DNA from: Candidatus Latescibacterota bacterium
Lineage (GTDB): Bacteria; Latescibacterota; UBA2968; UBA8231
DNA length: 64,000 nt
Assembly: GCA_965221775.1 (NCBI GenBank)
Contig: CBDCSU010000005.1
Location: 1,088,001 to 1,152,000 of the forward strand
Direction: 5' to 3'
Translations under genes and position numbers: made by a program
Part shown: piece by piece, positions 18,788 to 28,086 of the stretch
Position numbering within the stretch: position 1 is the first letter of the stretch
Layout of the letters: every line of letters begins with the position of its first letter
The notes under the pieces: generated by a model
Database searches by the model: none
Told to the model about the DNA's origin: nothing
What the model saw: only the letters and a program-made list of their open reading frames with translations

Positions 18788-19527
18788 TCGCCGGCTCGGA
18801 GGTGATCGACTTCCACGGCCATCCCGGGCGCTGGGGCGTCTCCCACCTCGACCCGGTGCCGCTCTTTTCCGCCATGGACGCCGTCGGCATCGACCGCTCC
18901 GTCCTGTTCGACATCTGGCATCCCGAGGGCCGGCGCGCCAACGACATCACCGCCGCCCTCGTGGCCGCCCATCCCGACCGTCTCCTCGGCTTCGCCTACG
19001 TCTCCCCCCTGATGCCGCAGACGATCGTCCCCGAGCTGGAGCGGGCCATCGACCGGCTCGGCCTCAAGGGCATCAAGCTCTACCCTCCCTTCGTCGAGCC
19101 GCCGCTCAGCGACCCCGCCTGGTGGCCGATCTACGAGTTCGCCGACGACCGCGAGCTGGTCGTGCTGTGGCACACCGGGATCGAGCCCGGGTCCTTTCCG
19201 AGGTACATGGGGGAAGTGGCGGGGCGCTTCCCCGGGGCCCGCTTCGTCTCCGGACACTCGGGCAACTGTCCGCCCATGCGCCGCCAGGCGATCGACGTCG
19301 CCCTGGACCACCCCAACGTCTACCTGGAGACCTGCTCCACCTTCCGCACGCCGGGCGTGATCGAGCAGCTCGTGGAGGAAGCCGGGGCGGAGCGCGTCCT
19401 CTTCGGCTCCGACATCCCGCTGATGGACCCGCGGGCGCAGCTGGGCAAGATCATCACCGCCGACATCAGCGACGACGACAAGCGCCTGATCCTCGGCGGC
19501 AACGCCCGGCGCCTGCTGAAGCTGTAG
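18784..19527 (+). CDS. Amidohydrolase_2 family protein
   Basis: 'IDFHGH', 'GIKLYP', 'GAERVLFGSDIP', 'ILGGNARRLL'. Confidence 0.9.
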   Translation: MIAGSEVIDFHGHPGRWGVSHLDPVPLFSAMDAVGIDRSVLFDIWHPEGRRANDITAALVAAHPDRLLGFAYVSPLMPQTIVPELERAIDRLGLKGIKLYPPFVEPPLSDPAWWPIYEFADDRELVVLWHTGIEPGSFPRYMGEVAGRFPGARFVSGHSGNCPPMRRQAIDVALDHPNVYLETCSTFRTPGVIEQLVEEAGAERVLFGSDIPLMDPRAQLGKIITADISDDDKRLILGGNARRLLKL

Positions 19528-19553
19528 AGTCGGGAGAAGGGCCGCGGCCCCGG

Positions 19554-20783
19554 CTACCAGGCGAGGTGCCAGGGAACGGCGCGGATGCCCGGCCGCAGGG
19601 CCTGGGGCTCCTCGACGCGGCAGGCCAGCACCCCCCGGGCCTCGGGGCCGGCGAGGGCCAGCCAGCGCGCCAGGCCCTCGGCGTGCCCCGGGGTCGGGGT
19701 GGCCGTGGCCTTCACCTCGACGCCGTAGAGGCGGCCGCCGCGCTCGATGACGAGATCGACCTCGGCGATGGTGCTCGACTGCCAGTAGTAGAGGCCGGGT
19801 CTCTCGCCCTGCTGCCGGAAGGCCTTCAGCCACTCCCCCACCACCGCCGTTTCCACCAGGGGCCCGAGAGCGGGACCGTGGAGGACGGGTTCCTCCGAGT
19901 GAAGACCCATGAAGAAGGTGGCCAGCCCGGGGTCGATCAGGAACAGACGGGGGCTCTTTCGCAGGCGCTTGCCCAGGCTGCGGTAGTACGGCGGCAGCAG
20001 ATGGACGATCTGGCTGGTCTCGAGCACCGAGAGCCAGCGGCGGATGGTGGGGCCGCTGACGCCGACTTCGCGGCCGAGGTCGGCCATGTTGAGGGTGGTG
20101 CCCGTGCGGGCCCCGGCGAGCATGAGGAAGCGCGTGAAGGCCCCCAGGTCGGCGATCTGCGCCAAGTCGCGCACGTCGCGCTCGAGGTAGGTCTGGACAT
20201 AGCCGCCGAGCCAGAGCTGGCGGTCCACCCGCGGGTTGACGCGGGGCTCGGGAAAGCCTCCGCGCAGGAGCCAGTCCACCAGGTCGACCGGCTTCCGGGG
20301 CCGGTCACCGGCCAGCGGATCACCGAACACCTCTTCCAGCAGCGCATCGATTCCGCCGGGCGGGGGCCGCCCCTCGACTTCCGCCGTGGAGAGCGGGTCC
20401 AGCGTCAGGACGGCGACGCGACCCGACAGGGTCTGGCTCAGCCCCTGCATGAGGGCCAGGCTCTGCGATCCGGTCAGGAGCCAGCGGCCGGGCCGGCGGT
20501 CGGCGTCGATCTCCTCCTTGACGTAGTGGAGCAGCTCCGGGGCATACTGGATCTCGTCGAGGATCACCGGCGGGGAGGCCTCGGCGAGGAAGGCGACCGG
20601 ATCGGCCCGGGCCCGCTCCCGGACATCGGGCCGCTCGAGGGAGAGATAGCGGTGGGACCCGCCGAACTCGCGGCGCAGCAGGGTGGTCTTCCCCGTCTGG
20701 CGGGCACCGGTGATCAGCACGGCGGGAAAGGTGGCCGCCGCGCGGTGGATGGTCGGAGTCAGGTGGCGGGCGAGGTAGGGCAT
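19554..20783 (-). CDS. AAA_14 ATPase with wHTH and DUF4143 domains
   Basis: Walker A 'GARQTGKT', Walker B 'VILDEIQ', 'LTGS', 'YVQTYLERD', HTH 'ADLGREVGVSGPTIRRWL', 'EVDLV..YGVEVK'. Confidence 0.92.
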   Translation of the reverse strand: MPYLARHLTPTIHRAAATFPAVLITGARQTGKTTLLRREFGGSHRYLSLERPDVRERARADPVAFLAEASPPVILDEIQYAPELLHYVKEEIDADRRPGRWLLTGSQSLALMQGLSQTLSGRVAVLTLDPLSTAEVEGRPPPGGIDALLEEVFGDPLAGDRPRKPVDLVDWLLRGGFPEPRVNPRVDRQLWLGGYVQTYLERDVRDLAQIADLGAFTRFLMLAGARTGTTLNMADLGREVGVSGPTIRRWLSVLETSQIVHLLPPYYRSLGKRLRKSPRLFLIDPGLATFFMGLHSEEPVLHGPALGPLVETAVVGEWLKAFRQQGERPGLYYWQSSTIAEVDLVIERGGRLYGVEVKATATPTPGHAEGLARWLALAGPEARGVLACRVEEPQALRPGIRAVPWHLAW

Positions 20784-20805
20784 CTTGGTGCGAGTCCCGG
20801 ATTCG

Positions 20806-20836
20806 TGCAAATCTAACGCGGGAGATTAGATTTGCA
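20806..20836. promoter_or_regulatory. 31-bp palindromic operator over the ATPase promoter
   Basis: TGCAAATCTAA-N9-TTAGATTTGCA; the minus strand reads TTGCAA-N16-TAGATT. Confidence 0.75.
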
Positions 20837-20917
20837 AGCCTGCTCGAGTCCCCATTCCTTGATGGGAGATCGTCCCGCCTTTGACAGACGAGAGACAAAT
20901 GGACTGAGGAGCCGCCC

Positions 20918-21258
20918 ATGCGCACCGTAGACATGTCTGGTCGAAGGCGCCGCCCGGGGCGAGCCTTTCGTCATCGCCCGGGCCGGCAAGCCGCTGGTCA
21001 AGGTCCTGGCGGTAGACGCTCCGGAGGCCGGACCCGCCGGCCGTACCGGGTTTCTGGCGGGCCGGATCTCGCTGCCGGACAACTTCGACCGCATGGGCTC
21101 GACCGAGATCGAGACCTTGTTCGAGGGGGGGGCGAGTGACCCCTTCGACCGGCTCCTGGTGGCCCAGGCGCAGATCGAGGCGATGACCCTGGTGACGATG
21201 GACGAAGTGGTGGGGCGCTACCCGGGGCCCATCCAGCTGATCGGTTGGACCGGGTGAG
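20918..21258 (+). pseudogene. Degraded Phd/YefM antitoxin and VapC (PIN) toxin pair
   Basis: 'MRTV' start then out-of-frame 'LVEGAARGEPFVIARAGKPLVKV...ISLPDNFD'; PIN C-terminus 'DPFDRLLVAQAQIEAMTLVTMD' lacks its N-terminus. Confidence 0.8.
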
Positions 21259-22507
21259 CTCCCCGGGCAGAGACGCCCTCGAAGGCAGCCGGGTGCAGTG
21301 GCGGAACCTGGCACTGCTGGCGCTGGCCGAGGTGCTGGGCATGTCGCTGTGGTTCAGCGCCTCCGCCGTCTCCCCCGCCCTGCAGGAGGCCTGGGGCCTG
21401 TCGGTGGCCGGCTCCGCCTGGCTCACCATGGCCGTGCAGATCGGCTTCGTCGCCGGCACCGCCCTGAGCGGCGTCCTCAACCTGCCCGACATCGTCAGCA
21501 GCCGCCGCCTCTTCGTCATCAGCGCCTGGCTGGGCGCCGCGGCCAACGCCGGCTTCGCTCTCTTCGCCACCGGACTCGAGTCCGGCCTCGTCCTGCGCTT
21601 CCTCACCGGCTTCTTCATCGCCGGGGTCTACCCCCCCGGCATGAAGCTGGCCGCCACCTGGACCCGGCGGCACCTCGGTCTCGCCATCGGCCTGGTGGTG
21701 GGGGCCCTGACCGTCGGCTCGGCGGCCCCCCATCTCGTGCGCTCCCTGTCCCACCAGGCCGTCGGCGGCGCGGCCTCCGACTGGACCCGCGTCGTCCTGG
21801 TCTCGTCGGCCCTCGCCGCCGCGGGGGGGCTGATCGTGGCCCTGTTCTTCCGGGAGGGGCCCTTTGCCGCCGGCGGCGCCCGCTTCAACCCGCGCTTCGC
21901 CCTCTCCATCTTCACCCGGCGGGACCTGCGGCTGGCCAACTTCGGCTACCTCGGCCACCAGTGGGAGCTGTACGCCATGTGGACGTGGGTGCCCCTCTTC
22001 CTGGCGGAGAGGGTGGCCGGAAGCGGCGGCTCAACCTCTCTCGCGGCCCTGCTCGCTTTTGCCGTCATCGCCAGCGGCGGGATCGGCTGCCTCGCCGGCG
22101 GCGCCGGCGCCGACCGCGTGGGCCGCACGGCGACGACGAGCGCCGCCATGATCGTCAGCGGCTGCATGGCGGTGCTGGCCGCGGTCTTCCACGCCGCCCC
22201 CCTGCCGCTGCTCACCGTCATCCTGCTGATCTGGGGAATCTCGGTGGTCGCCGACTCGGCCCAGTTCTCCGCGTCGATCACCGAGTTGAGCCCCCCGGAG
22301 TACACCGGCACGGCCCTGACCATCCAGACCTCGGTCGGCTTCCTGCTGACCCTGGGCTCGATCCAGCTGGTGCCGCTCGTCGTGGAGATGGGCGGCTGGC
22401 CCGCGGCCTTCCTCATGCTCGCCGCCGGTCCCGTCTTCGGCACCGCGGCGATGCTCCGGTTGCGCCGGCTGCCCGAGGCGGAGCAGTTGGCCGGGGGCCG
22501 GCGGTAG
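21245..22507 (+). CDS. MFS transporter
   Basis: About twelve TM segments; 'MSLWFSASAV', 'GVYPPGMK', 'GHQWELYAMW', 'ADSAQFSA'. Confidence 0.9.
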   Translation: MDRVSSPGRDALEGSRVQWRNLALLALAEVLGMSLWFSASAVSPALQEAWGLSVAGSAWLTMAVQIGFVAGTALSGVLNLPDIVSSRRLFVISAWLGAAANAGFALFATGLESGLVLRFLTGFFIAGVYPPGMKLAATWTRRHLGLAIGLVVGALTVGSAAPHLVRSLSHQAVGGAASDWTRVVLVSSALAAAGGLIVALFFREGPFAAGGARFNPRFALSIFTRRDLRLANFGYLGHQWELYAMWTWVPLFLAERVAGSGGSTSLAALLAFAVIASGGIGCLAGGAGADRVGRTATTSAAMIVSGCMAVLAAVFHAAPLPLLTVILLIWGISVVADSAQFSASITELSPPEYTGTALTIQTSVGFLLTLGSIQLVPLVVEMGGWPAAFLMLAAGPVFGTAAMLRLRRLPEAEQLAGGRR

Positions 22508-22559
22508 CGGTCCGTCAAGGACTCGGCCGACTGTTCTACCTTAAAGCGGAGGGCATCCC

Positions 22560-22832
22560 ATGAGCTTGAACATCAAGAACAAGGAGGTCGAGCGGCTGAT
22601 CGAGGAAGTCTCCCTCCTCACGGGAGAGAGCAAGACCGAGGCAGTGCGCCGCTCCCTGGAGGAGCGCCTCTCCCGCCTGGCCTGCCAGGGCGCCGCCGAT
22701 GACCGCGGCGGACGGTTGCGCCGATTCCTGGAGACGGAGGTCTGGCCCTATGTGCCGCCCTCGGAGCTGGGCAGGAAACTCGGCCGGGATGAAGAGGAAG
22801 AGATCCTGGGCTATGGCAAGGACGGCGCATGA
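22560..22832 (+). CDS. VapB-type antitoxin (Rv0623-like), orphan
   Basis: 'MSLNIKN.EVERL..EV..LTGESKTEAVRRSLEERL...EEEILGYG'; no PIN gene follows. Confidence 0.85.
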   Translation: MSLNIKNKEVERLIEEVSLLTGESKTEAVRRSLEERLSRLACQGAADDRGGRLRRFLETEVWPYVPPSELGRKLGRDEEEEILGYGKDGA

Positions 22833-22840
22833 ACCGGTCT

Positions 22841-24538
22841 CTACCGTCTCTCCGCGGACCACCGCTCGATGACCGCCGCCGTCTCCTCGTGGCCCCGCCT
22901 GCGCGCCCACTCCAGGGGCGCGGCCCATGGGAAGGTCCCGGCCCCCTGCGGACTGGCCCCCTTCTCGAGCAGGAACACCGCCATCTCGCTGCAACCCTGC
23001 CTCGCGGCCCAGCCCAGGGGCGTGCTGGAGTACTCCTCGTCGAGCACCTCCAAGGGCGCGCCGTGGGCGAGGAACCGCTCGGCCTCCGGCACCGATCCGA
23101 AGGCGGCGATGTCGTGCAGCTGGGTGATGCCCATCCAGTCGGGCCGCGACAGGTCCGTCAGGGCGAGGGCCGGCTCGCTGTAGTCCTTCAGGCTCTCGTC
23201 GCGGAGCAGCTGCCTCACCACGTCGGGTGAGAGATCTCGCAACAGGCCGGGGTCGGCCCCGAGGCAGACCTCCATGAGCGGCCGGTTGCCGATGGTGCGG
23301 GGGAAGATCTCGCGAGCCCCCGCGGGGTCTTCGCCGAGGCGCCGCCGCAACCCCTCCATGTCGTCATTGGCGACGTGGTACTTCAGCGGCAGCCCGCCGA
23401 ACATGATCCTCAGGACCTCCGGCTCCACCCCCTTCAGGTCGTCGTAGTCGCCCAGCTTGCCGCCCCGCTCGGCGAGTCTCCGCAGCAACCGCGGATCCTC
23501 CTTGGCCCAGCCGCAGACATTCCCCGAGGACTCCACCTCCTGGTTCGGGTCGGCGCCGGCCTCCAGCATCAGATCGATGATCTCCATGTCGCCCTTGGCC
23601 ACGGCGCCCAGCAGGGCGCTGCCGCGGGGGGCGAGTCCGGGCTGGCGCAGGTTCGGGTCGGCGCCTTGCTCCAGCAGGTACCTGACGACGGCGGCGTCGC
23701 CGGACGCGACGGCGTTGTCGAGGCAGGTGCTCGTGTACCAGGTGAAGTAGTCGGGCACCCGGCCGGCGCAGGCGGGGTCCGCTCTCACGCACTCCTTCAC
23801 CAGCCCGAGATCCCCGAGGGCGGCGGCGTGCTCGATGGGACACTCGGCGTCCAGACCGATGAGGAACCCGCGCAGGAAGTCGGCCCGGTGGCGGCCCCTG
23901 TGGAAGTAGTCGCCCGGGGCCAGGTCGATGGGCCGCGCCCCGTCGGGCCGTCGGGCGTCGAGATCCGCCCCCCGCGCCGCGAGGGCCCGGATGATGCGCA
24001 CGTCCTTGACCAGCACGGCCCAGTGGATCGGCTGGTTGCCCCGCTCGTCCACGGCCCGCATCGACTCGGGGGACCGGTCGAGGTACTCAAGGACAGCGGC
24101 CAGATCATGATCCCGGATGAGCGCGGCGATCTCCTCCCCCTCCGGCCGGTAGAGCACGTTGAACTGCTCTTCGAGGCTGCTCTTCAGCAGATCCGCCATC
24201 TCCCCGAAGCCGCGGTCCTCCGCCCTCTCGATGGGCCGCTGGTGATGCCGGTTGCCCGACTTGTAGGTGATCTCGGCGCCGCTGTCGATCAGGAAGCGGG
24301 CGGCCTCGAGATGGTTGTTCCCCACGGCGAAGTAGAGGGGCTCCCGGTAGCGGATGTTGCAGTGCACCAGCTCGGGCTCCGCGTCGATGCACGCCCGGAT
24401 GGTGTCCAGGTCGCCCTCCATCGCCGCCTTCACCGCCCTCTTCACCGATCGGCCGCGTCCCATGTACCAGCCGTCGTATTCCTCGGTCTCCAGGTTCTCG
24501 GGCCAGCGGATGTTGCCGCTCTCCGTGGGCCGTCTCAT
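22841..24538 (-). CDS. Ankyrin repeat protein
   Basis: Repeats 'PLYFAV', 'GNQPIHWAV', 'LLEQGADPN', 'TPLGWAARQG'; ATGA overlap with the upstream gene. Confidence 0.9.
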   Translation of the reverse strand: MRRPTESGNIRWPENLETEEYDGWYMGRGRSVKRAVKAAMEGDLDTIRACIDAEPELVHCNIRYREPLYFAVGNNHLEAARFLIDSGAEITYKSGNRHHQRPIERAEDRGFGEMADLLKSSLEEQFNVLYRPEGEEIAALIRDHDLAAVLEYLDRSPESMRAVDERGNQPIHWAVLVKDVRIIRALAARGADLDARRPDGARPIDLAPGDYFHRGRHRADFLRGFLIGLDAECPIEHAAALGDLGLVKECVRADPACAGRVPDYFTWYTSTCLDNAVASGDAAVVRYLLEQGADPNLRQPGLAPRGSALLGAVAKGDMEIIDLMLEAGADPNQEVESSGNVCGWAKEDPRLLRRLAERGGKLGDYDDLKGVEPEVLRIMFGGLPLKYHVANDDMEGLRRRLGEDPAGAREIFPRTIGNRPLMEVCLGADPGLLRDLSPDVVRQLLRDESLKDYSEPALALTDLSRPDWMGITQLHDIAAFGSVPEAERFLAHGAPLEVLDEEYSSTPLGWAARQGCSEMAVFLLEKGASPQGAGTFPWAAPLEWARRRGHEETAAVIERWSAERR

Positions 24539-26079
24539 GGTCGCTCCGCACGAGGAAGCACCACACTCCCGTCCGGCAGAGTGGCGCGAAAGGCGAAGGC
24601 CCATCCGCAGTAGTTGGACCCCACGGTGTTGCTCAGCTTGAGGACGATGGTGTTGCGGCCCTTCCCCAGATCGACGGGGACCGTCCGCGGCCGGAAGGCG
24701 TCGTGATGCCCCAGGTCGATCCCGTCCTCCCCGTTCACACGGAGGATCAGCCGGTCGTCCCACGCCAGGCGGATCTCCGCCGTCGTCTCCTCCTCCACTT
24801 CCAACACACATCTCGCGATCGCCGCCGCTTCGCCGCTGTTGCCGGGTGTCCCTGAAATGTGGGGGCGGAAGAGGTGGTTGAAGTCCACGAAGCCGCGGAG
24901 GGCCCCCCGCCTCCGCCAGCGGGCCACGTCCCTCCCCAGGTCGCGGGAACCCTCCGTCAGCCAGGGGGAATCCTCCTCGTGCCCGCCATCGAATGTGGCG
25001 TCGGGAGCGAACTCCGTCTCGGCGGGCAGATCGGCTTCCATGGCGCGCTCGCCGTGGTTCCGGAAGGGCCCGCAGACCCACCAGCATCCGGTGTCCGGCA
25101 GCGGCAGGTCGAAGGTCCCCCGGGGCAGCTGCCCCCAGGGCGGCTCGAAGCGCTCGGCGGGCTGCAGCAGCGGCCAGTCGGGCATCTCGAAGAAAGGCCG
25201 CACCGGCCCCTCCTGGTACCAGTACGAGGTGGCGCAGATGTCGTTGCGCATCGAGCCGAAGCGCACGTGGATCGACTCGCGGAACTCGATCGTGTCGCGC
25301 TCGAAGAACCGGTAGCCCACGAGCCGCTGCGCCGGACGGGCCTGGCCCACGTCGGCGTGGGTGTAGTAGGGCATGCCCGTGTGGAGATGGGTCTCGGGGG
25401 TGTGCAGGGCCCCGCCGTACGACGTGCCGAAGGTGTCCTCGCCTCCGATGCCGCGGAGGTACGCCGGGTGCTCGCCGCCGCCGTCGATGTAGATGTTGTC
25501 GGCCCCGCCGTGGCTCCAGCGGTCGGTGTCGTCGTAGAGCCGCACGCCGTAGACGAAGCCGACCAGCCGGCCGGGGCCATCCGCGTCCAACAGCAGAAAG
25601 TCCTCGCCGTAGCTTTCGGCCGGCGCCTCCCTGCGCCAGCGCGCGCAGAAGCGGCGCGGTTCCTCCAGCTGTTGCCCGGGAAAGCGGTGCCAGTCGACGA
25701 AGAGAAAGATCGGCGTGTCGCCGGCGCCGCGGTCCATCTCGATCCGCGCCGACCGGGCGAAGGGCATGTCGAAGTAACAGTTGTAGCCGCTGTAGTTCTG
25801 CGCCGAGAGGTGGGGCGTGTTGATCGGATACCAGGGCAGCCCGTGCATGACGCCGAAGAAGTCGCCGAAGGGCGCCTCCACGTGGGGGACGGGCTCATCG
25901 TCGAAGTAGATGCGGATGACCACCTGCCGTCCGTTGCCGCGGCGGCCATCGGTCACCCACATGCGGCGGATGCAGCCCGGACCTTCCAGGCTGGCCATGG
26001 TGGTCCGCTCGCCGGCCTTGATCCGCCGCGACAGGCTGACCCGGTCCGATACCGCCACCTTCGGCAGGTTCAGGTTCAT
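24535..26079 (-). CDS. DUF2961 / GH172-like protein
   Basis: 'GPGCIRRMW', 'IYFDDE..P.VEAPFGDFFG', 'YNCYFDMPF', 'IYIDG', 'GIGGEDTFG'. Confidence 0.85.
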   Translation of the reverse strand: MNLNLPKVAVSDRVSLSRRIKAGERTTMASLEGPGCIRRMWVTDGRRGNGRQVVIRIYFDDEPVPHVEAPFGDFFGVMHGLPWYPINTPHLSAQNYSGYNCYFDMPFARSARIEMDRGAGDTPIFLFVDWHRFPGQQLEEPRRFCARWRREAPAESYGEDFLLLDADGPGRLVGFVYGVRLYDDTDRWSHGGADNIYIDGGGEHPAYLRGIGGEDTFGTSYGGALHTPETHLHTGMPYYTHADVGQARPAQRLVGYRFFERDTIEFRESIHVRFGSMRNDICATSYWYQEGPVRPFFEMPDWPLLQPAERFEPPWGQLPRGTFDLPLPDTGCWWVCGPFRNHGERAMEADLPAETEFAPDATFDGGHEEDSPWLTEGSRDLGRDVARWRRRGALRGFVDFNHLFRPHISGTPGNSGEAAAIARCVLEVEEETTAEIRLAWDDRLILRVNGEDGIDLGHHDAFRPRTVPVDLGKGRNTIVLKLSNTVGSNYCGWAFAFRATLPDGSVVLPRAERP

Positions 26080-26086
26080 AGGAGGT

Positions 26087-27295
26087 CTACTCGTAGAAGT
26101 ACTGGAGCGGGTAGCGGCGCAGAACGTTCTCGTGGCCCAGGACGACCCCGCCGTCGCGCTCGTCCTCGAAGCCCGACCTCGCCCCGGCGGCCAGCTCGAA
26201 CCACTCCCGCGCGTAGAGGATGAAGACCTGGCCGCCGATGACACGCACGTTGGGGTAGCGGAAGACGGCGAAGTCGTCGGGGAGCTGACCCACGTCGGGC
26301 AGGCCGATCACCGGCGTCACCGGGTGTTCAGCAGGGACGCGGTCCACGTCCTCCAGGCCGGCGCTGACCTCGATCGTGCGGAACCCCTGCCAGGTGGCCC
26401 CCGAGTCGCGCGAGACCGCCGCCGACAGCCGCCCTCGGCGGTAACCGCGGCGGATCTCCTCGCGGGAGACCTGGTTCCACACGCAGAGCAGGTCGCCGGT
26501 CTCCGGGACCGTCGTGATCGCCGGCGGCGAGTACGAGGCGGCCAGCTCGGTGGGGCGCACCGCCGACCACGTGAGACCGCCGTCGCGGCTGTAGCTGCAC
26601 ACGAGACGGCCCACCGTGGAGCGCGCCAGGAACAGCACCCGGCCATCGTTGGTCTCGGCCAGGCTCGGCTCGTCGCAGGCGGTGACGCCGCCTTGGCCGT
26701 TGGGCACGCCGTGCTCGTCGAACCAGCCCATCAGCTCGCCCTCGCACATTCGCCAGCTCCGGCCCTCGTCGTCGGACCAGCTCACCGAGGCGATGTCGAT
26801 CTCCGGCCAGTGGTAGTGTCCCGCCACCTGGCGGCGCAGGCCCTTCCAGAGGCCGTAGCTGCGGACGTACTCCAGCGGCAGGTCGGGGTGGTTCTGGTTG
26901 CCGAAGCAGGCCCGGTTCGGGTAGAGGAGGCGGCCGTTCGACAGCTGGATCAAGGTGTCGTAGTAGGGACTGCCGAGCAGGGGGATCGCCCGCCCCTCGC
27001 CCCAGGTGCGGCCCTCGTCGCCGGAGAGCCACAGCCTGTCGTCGGAGAACGCGCCCAGGGCGCCGGAGTTCAGGCGCAGCAGGCCCCAGGCGCTGACCGG
27101 CTCGGGCAGGTCCCGTTCCTCCGACCAGGACTCGCCCCCGTCACGTGAGAGGCGGCACCGCCGCTGGCGGGCCGCCAGCAGGGACCCGTCCTCGAGCCCT
27201 GCGATGCTCCACTCGCGGCCGATGCCCGGGACCTCCACCACACCCTCGGGCGGCGGCTTGCGGAAGACCGGCCGACCCGATGTCTGGCTGTTCAT
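26087..27295 (-). CDS. Sialidase / BNR-repeat exo-glycosidase
   Basis: Asp boxes 'SRDGGESW', 'SGDEGRTW', 'SDDEGRSW', 'SRDGGLTW', 'SRDSGATW'. Confidence 0.85.
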   Translation of the reverse strand: MNSQTSGRPVFRKPPPEGVVEVPGIGREWSIAGLEDGSLLAARQRRCRLSRDGGESWSEERDLPEPVSAWGLLRLNSGALGAFSDDRLWLSGDEGRTWGEGRAIPLLGSPYYDTLIQLSNGRLLYPNRACFGNQNHPDLPLEYVRSYGLWKGLRRQVAGHYHWPEIDIASVSWSDDEGRSWRMCEGELMGWFDEHGVPNGQGGVTACDEPSLAETNDGRVLFLARSTVGRLVCSYSRDGGLTWSAVRPTELAASYSPPAITTVPETGDLLCVWNQVSREEIRRGYRRGRLSAAVSRDSGATWQGFRTIEVSAGLEDVDRVPAEHPVTPVIGLPDVGQLPDDFAVFRYPNVRVIGGQVFILYAREWFELAAGARSGFEDERDGGVVLGHENVLRRYPLQYFYE

Positions 27296-27516
27296 TGGCT
27301 TCCCCCTTGAGAGTGGCTGGTAAGATAGGGGCCACCGCCGCTCCGAGGCGCCCGGTCTCCCGGCGGACCCGCGTCAACGGGCGCTTCCATCCCGGCGACG
27401 GGCCATCCCGATTCCTCCTTGACCATGTCTACTTCTGGCGATAGCTCTGCCCATGAGCCGCCGCATGGCCGCCACCACCGCGGCCGGCGGCTCGCACACC
27501 TGGCAACCGGGGAGAG

Positions 27517-28086
27517 ATGAGAATGAGTGAATTGCGCAATCCGACGCCGCAGAAACCAGGGCTCGCCCGGGTCGCAAGTCTCCTGGCAGGACTCGCGATC
27601 CTCCACGGCGCCACGGAGACTGGAGCCGAGACCGCGGAATCACGGGCAGACACATCGGAAACCATCGTGAGGTGCCCGACCACCTGGACCGTCTGCGCCC
27701 CCAGCTCCACTCCCGACCCCTGCTTCGAGGAGGCGCCCGCGGACTCGACGGAGAAGTACCGCTACTGCACCCACGGGCTGGACGCGCAGTGCAGCTACTA
27801 CATCACGGGAGACTGCTGGTACTCATCCACCCCTTGTGGGGAGGACACGCCGGCCCCGCCGGACGACCCGATGCCCGGGCCGTGCATCGGCTATTCCACC
27901 ACCGAAGAGTGCGGCTGGTTCGACGACTGCGCGGAGTTCAACTCCGACGAGCCGTACCGGCACTGCACCCGGTACGAGAACGACGAAGGCGACATCTACT
28001 GGCTTTGCTCCTGCTCCTCCACTCCCTGTGAGGAAGCCGGGCCGGAGCCAGCGACCCGCGCGGAGGCGCCGGCCGATACGACGTAA
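27517..28086 (+). CDS. Secreted Cys-rich protein with two internal repeats
   Basis: Signal-like segment; two 'S.E.YR.CT...C..SSTPC.E' modules; TTGACC-N17-TAGCTC upstream. Confidence 0.65.
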   Translation: MRMSELRNPTPQKPGLARVASLLAGLAILHGATETGAETAESRADTSETIVRCPTTWTVCAPSSTPDPCFEEAPADSTEKYRYCTHGLDAQCSYYITGDCWYSSTPCGEDTPAPPDDPMPGPCIGYSTTEECGWFDDCAEFNSDEPYRHCTRYENDEGDIYWLCSCSSTPCEEAGPEPATRAEAPADTT

